64,000 nucleotides of DNA from Bispira polyomma. Its lineage: Eukaryota. Numbering within the stretch: the stretch's first letter is position 1; every line of letters starts with the position of its first letter. The stretch covers positions 54,746,001 through 54,810,000 of the forward strand of contig OZ287750.1 in the NCBI GenBank assembly GCA_965649765.1. Reading direction: 5' to 3'. Under the pieces are notes generated by a model. That model worked only from the letters and a program-made list of their open reading frames with translations. It was not told where the DNA came from and did not search any database. Position numbers and translations under genes: made by a program. Positions 59,951-64,000 of the stretch are shown piece by piece.

Positions 59951-62760
59951 GTAATTGTAATTAGACTTTTATTGCGCTTAATCTCCCCTTAACAAAGGGG
60001 ACTCTAAGGCGCCCCAGCACAAAAGACAGTTATCCAATTTCCAAAATCAAGGGACAGAAAAAGGGTCAGCAACATAGAGCGCACCGGGGGATGATTGAGA
60101 CTAAGGTGGATATGCTTTAGTGTACAAGTGGGTTTTAAGCTTCTTCCTAAAACAGGCTAGTGAGAGGGAAGCACGAATCACATCAGGAAGACCATTCCAA
60201 ACAATGGGAGCATCAAAAGCAAAGCTGTAACCAAACTGTTTTACCGACCTTTGAGTAGATGGGTGGAACTTCGGAACAACAAGGAAATTACTACCACTCT
60301 GACTACGTCTGGTATTGTAGGAACTACTGTAAGTGGAATGACATGGGGCAAAGTACTTTGGAAACCCAGTGTGGAGAAATTTATAAACAAGTGTAGCTGT
60401 CTTAAACACTGAACGCTGTCCAACAGGGAGCCAATGCAATTTCTTAAGAACAGGAGTTATACTAGTGTATCAACTGGTGTTTGACACAATTCTAGCTGCA
60501 CTATTTTGAATGCATTGTAATTTGCGTAAATTAAACTTTGAGAGACTCCTGAAAAGTGAATTGCAGTAATCCAGTCTACTACTGACAAAAGCATTGGCCA
60601 CAAGTATAGAAGCATCATAAGTGAGAAACCGTCCGACACGTCTAAAGTCACGGAGTTGCATAAAACAGCTTTTGCAGACACTCTGAACGTGTTTAGAGAA
60701 AGAAAAGTCAGAGTCAAACCATACACCCAGGTTCTTGACAGAATCAGCTGGACTGAAGGGGCTACCCAGGATATCAACTGGAAACAATGCTTTGAACTTA
60801 TCCCTCTGTTGTTTTGAGCCAAAGATTATGAACTCAGTCTTGTCGGGATTAAGTTTGAGTTTACCAGTTGACATCCACTCTTTCACATCATCAAGACACC
60901 TATTCAACTGTTCAAAGGCAGTAGATGTGTTTTTATGGGATAGGTGCACATAAAGTTGGGTATCATCTGCATAAAAATGAAACTTTATTCCTGTGTATTT
61001 GCCAATAACCAATCTGAGAGGAGCAGTGTATAATGAGAACAACAGAGGGCCCAAAACACAACCTTGAGGGACACCAAACAAGAGTTTACAAAGATTGGAC
61101 AGATTAGAGCCAATTTTTATCGACTGATAACGATCAGTTAAGTAGGAAGTGAACCATTTAAGAACAGAGCCCGTAACTCCAAACCAAGTCTGAAGACAAC
61201 TGAGAAGCGTGGAATGATCAATGGTGTCAAAGGCAGCAGAGAGGTCGAGCAATACCAGGGCAGTAGGTTCCCCTCTTGACAAAGATAAGTGAACTTCATT
61301 TTTTATAGACAGAAGAGCTGTCTCAGTCGAATGACCAGTTTTATATGCAGACTGGTATGGATTGTCTAAGTCGTGGACAAAGATGTGATCTAACAGTTGC
61401 CTAGCAACCACGCGTTCAACCAGTTTTGATATGAAACTAAGACCAGATACAGGGCGATAATTTTTCAGGTCATCAACTGGAAGAGAAGCCTTCTTAATAA
61501 GTGCCCCCGTAAGCCTCCGTAAGTGAGCAGTTTACAAATTTTGTAATGGATGGTAGTAATATATCACTACATTCTTTAATAAGAGATGTTGGCCATGGAT
61601 CCAACATGCAGGATTTAGTAGGCGAGTTACTTATTATTTTACTAACATCATCTTCAGAGACTCTGGCAAAGGCAGTAATTTCTGGGGGAACAGAAAGAGG
61701 ATGAACATCAATTTTAGTTCCAGAGACAATAAAAGTATCCCTAATTCTCTTAATTTTGTCCGAAAAAAAGGAAGCAAACTTATCAGCTAGTGATTTATCA
61801 GAATCATGGGACGGGAGTGCCACATTGGTATCCATATTAAGGGTCTTGCGCAGTTCGTGCCACAGCTTCCTGGAGTTGTGACTGTTGTCAGAGATAAGTT
61901 TACTGTAATACACCGACTTATCCTCGTTAACAAGTACATTGCACCGAGCAATCTGGCGATGTAGTCGACTTCTATTTAAGGGATTCTTGGCCCTTCGCCA
62001 AGTTCTTTCATATTGGCGCCTGAGAGATTTAGCCCGTCGGTAAGAATCAGAGAGCCAATGCACAGATTCTTTCTTTGACATTCTGGATACCAGTGGTGCA
62101 TGCTTATCTAGTACATCACCCAAATCATGTATGTATTGTTCATAAAGTTTGGCTACAGAATTGGCAGGTGACTGAATAAAGGAAGTACTCTCAAGATCAG
62201 TACGGAGGTCAGACATGTTAATACGGTGGTACCTCCTATAATGCACTGTATTAGGAATATGAGCCACCTGAGGGGGAGTGGCAATTGAGCATTTGACTAA
62301 TGCATGATCCGATATGAAATCACAGACTTTGACATCCACAATAGTATCCTGATCACAAGGAGATAAAATAAGGTCCAGAATGTGACCATGCAGATGGGTA
62401 GGTTGTCTAACTAACTGTTTTAAATCGCATGAATCAAGAAAGGTCATAAATTTATGACCGTCACCAACTGGTGCATCAACATGGATGTTAAAGTCACCAC
62501 AGATATGATATGAACTGTTAATGGAAGACAAGAAACCAACAAAAGACATAAATTCTTCTAAAAAATTACAGGTACATGATCCTGGGGGGCGATAGACGCA
62601 GGCAAGCAACAGTGAGCGGCCATGAAGCCCAATTGACACCACCATATTTTCAAAGGACTGATAGACAGGAGAATCTATTTTATGTGGTTTGTAGAAGGAT
62701 CTGATGAAGAAACCAACACCACCACCAATCCGTGAGGGACGAACCAAAAGAATGGATAGG
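59951..62760 (-). mobile_element. 5'-truncated L2 LINE (endonuclease plus RT) in the TGF-beta intron
   Basis: RIGGGVG, YRPP, GDFNIH, HILDLI, SDH (APE endonuclease); QSAY, LDLSAAFDTIDH, GVPQG, YADD; frameshifts near 61490 and 60450; (ATTACA) tail. Confidence 0.92.
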
Positions 62761-63630
62761 GTTGCAACTAAAAATAATAAACAATTATAACTTTGGTGAA
62801 TATTCACAGTTATTAAAGGGGAATGACAACTGAATAATTTTAAATGCATTCGGAAAGCTAATTCACCAAGATAAATATTAGCTATTTGTTTGATGGTCTC
62901 TCTATAATGTTGGACCATCTTGGCTTTGACAGGAAATCACATAGTTCTATATTTTTCAAGATATCTAAAAAAAACAACAATAGTTCAGACCTGCTTTTAG
63001 TTATGCTGAAATGTCAGGCTAGGGTTGATGTTTAATTTAATATATCATTTGCAGGGCCAGCTTCAGTATAGCGCAAAAAGCTATAAGATAGCATATAACA
63101 AAATTAGTAATGGTCTAAATCCAAGTTTGGAAGTCTTCGACTAAAAAAGGCACCTTGAATATTTTTTCATTTCTTGCCCCAGTTTATTGACACCAAACCC
63201 CCACCTAATTTTACACCCTTGTCCTCTAACATGTAATACAAAATCTTTTCTAGAACATAACCAAAACACAAGAAAAAAATACAGAAATTCCGTCCCTTTA
63301 TGGGTAAATATTTTCAATAGTATCCAATTTTATACTTTGGTACAGATTTAGATTGTAATGTAATACATTCCATAGAGCAGCATTATAGAAGTCAGCTGTT
63401 ATCTGTACAAGACAGAGAGAATCGGAACTGGAAGGAAAACAGACAAAAAACTAGGACACAGTTAGCCTTGCCTATGACTCTAAGTTAACTTTTATTTTTT
63501 CGGAGACGGCCGGGTTTAGTGGTAGAAAAATGAGTGCCTGTGCACTGTAAACCACCGACCTATGGCAAGTATCTAGCAAGCTCTGTCACATGAAGAAGGA
63601 ATCTGTGGCATTCGATCCCCAGAGGTGAGA

Positions 63631-63884
63631 ATTGAATTGAATTTGAATATTTAACGTCCACTCTAGTACCTGTTTATGTTATATTGGGACGTGTAGTTGG
63701 AAACGCTGGAGGAAACACTGCATACAGTTAATCAAGGTTCTGCACTGAAACCAGTGGCCCACAGTAAGGAACTACCACCTTTCCCACATAGGCATCAACA
63801 GGATTCGAACTCCCGCCATCCAGAGGTGAGAGACCAGTGATTGTGAAGCTCAATGCTTGCTAACCACTAGGCCACCGCGGCCCC
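63631..63884 (-). mobile_element. tRNA-derived SINE nested in an older related SINE
   Basis: A box TGGCCTAGTGG, B box GTTCGAATCC, GGACGTTAAATA and (TTCAA)n tail; duplication CCCAGAGGTGAGA at 63618-63630 and 63887-63899. Confidence 0.85.
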
Positions 63885-64000
63885 CTCCCAGAGGTGAGAG
63901 GCCAGTGATTCTAAAGCAGGCACTTATAGCCGTTAAGCCACCTTAGTCCCTATTTGTGTACATAGCATAAAGATACATATAATAGAGTATATTGCATAAA

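Noticed and set aside
63760-63884. tRNA gene
   Set aside because: A and B boxes are present but there is no cloverleaf; it has a SINE body, repeat tail and flanking duplication.
57740-64000. First exon(s) of the TGF-beta-family gene (signal peptide, straitjacket helix)
   Set aside because: No convincing exon found; probably beyond the window end.

Overview
AT-rich animal (eukaryotic) genomic DNA, probably a marine invertebrate; the SINE tails are lophotrochozoan-like, but the species cannot be determined from sequence alone. The host content is (i) a tandem, same-strand array of four intact single-ORF TRPV-like cation channel genes of 603-616 aa (ankyrin repeats plus 6 TM segments) with one disrupted copy, and (ii) the last two coding exons of a divergent 9-cysteine TGF-beta/activin-family ligand. 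A decayed copy of the ligand gene's 3' end lies inside the channel array, so it was part of the duplication unit. The intergenic DNA is packed with transposons. A near-complete Ngaro-type tyrosine-recombinase (YR) retrotransposon with split direct repeats (19817-26660) is nested in an L2 LINE at a TGT crossover. There is also a second, internally deleted Ngaro, several further YR remnants, L2/CR1 and L1-type LINE pieces, tRNA-derived SINEs, MITEs and a Harbinger remnant. The most notable unexplained signal is a ~100-nt multi-helix RNA-like structure with compensatory base changes, conserved unpaired motifs and a GNRA-capped hairpin. It recurs four times in otherwise dissimilar sequences and sits downstream of the second A repeat in both recognisable Ngaro elements, making it a candidate ribozyme or RT-priming/packaging element of YR retrotransposons. 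All alignments and folds were done by eye; boundaries of degraded elements are approximate.
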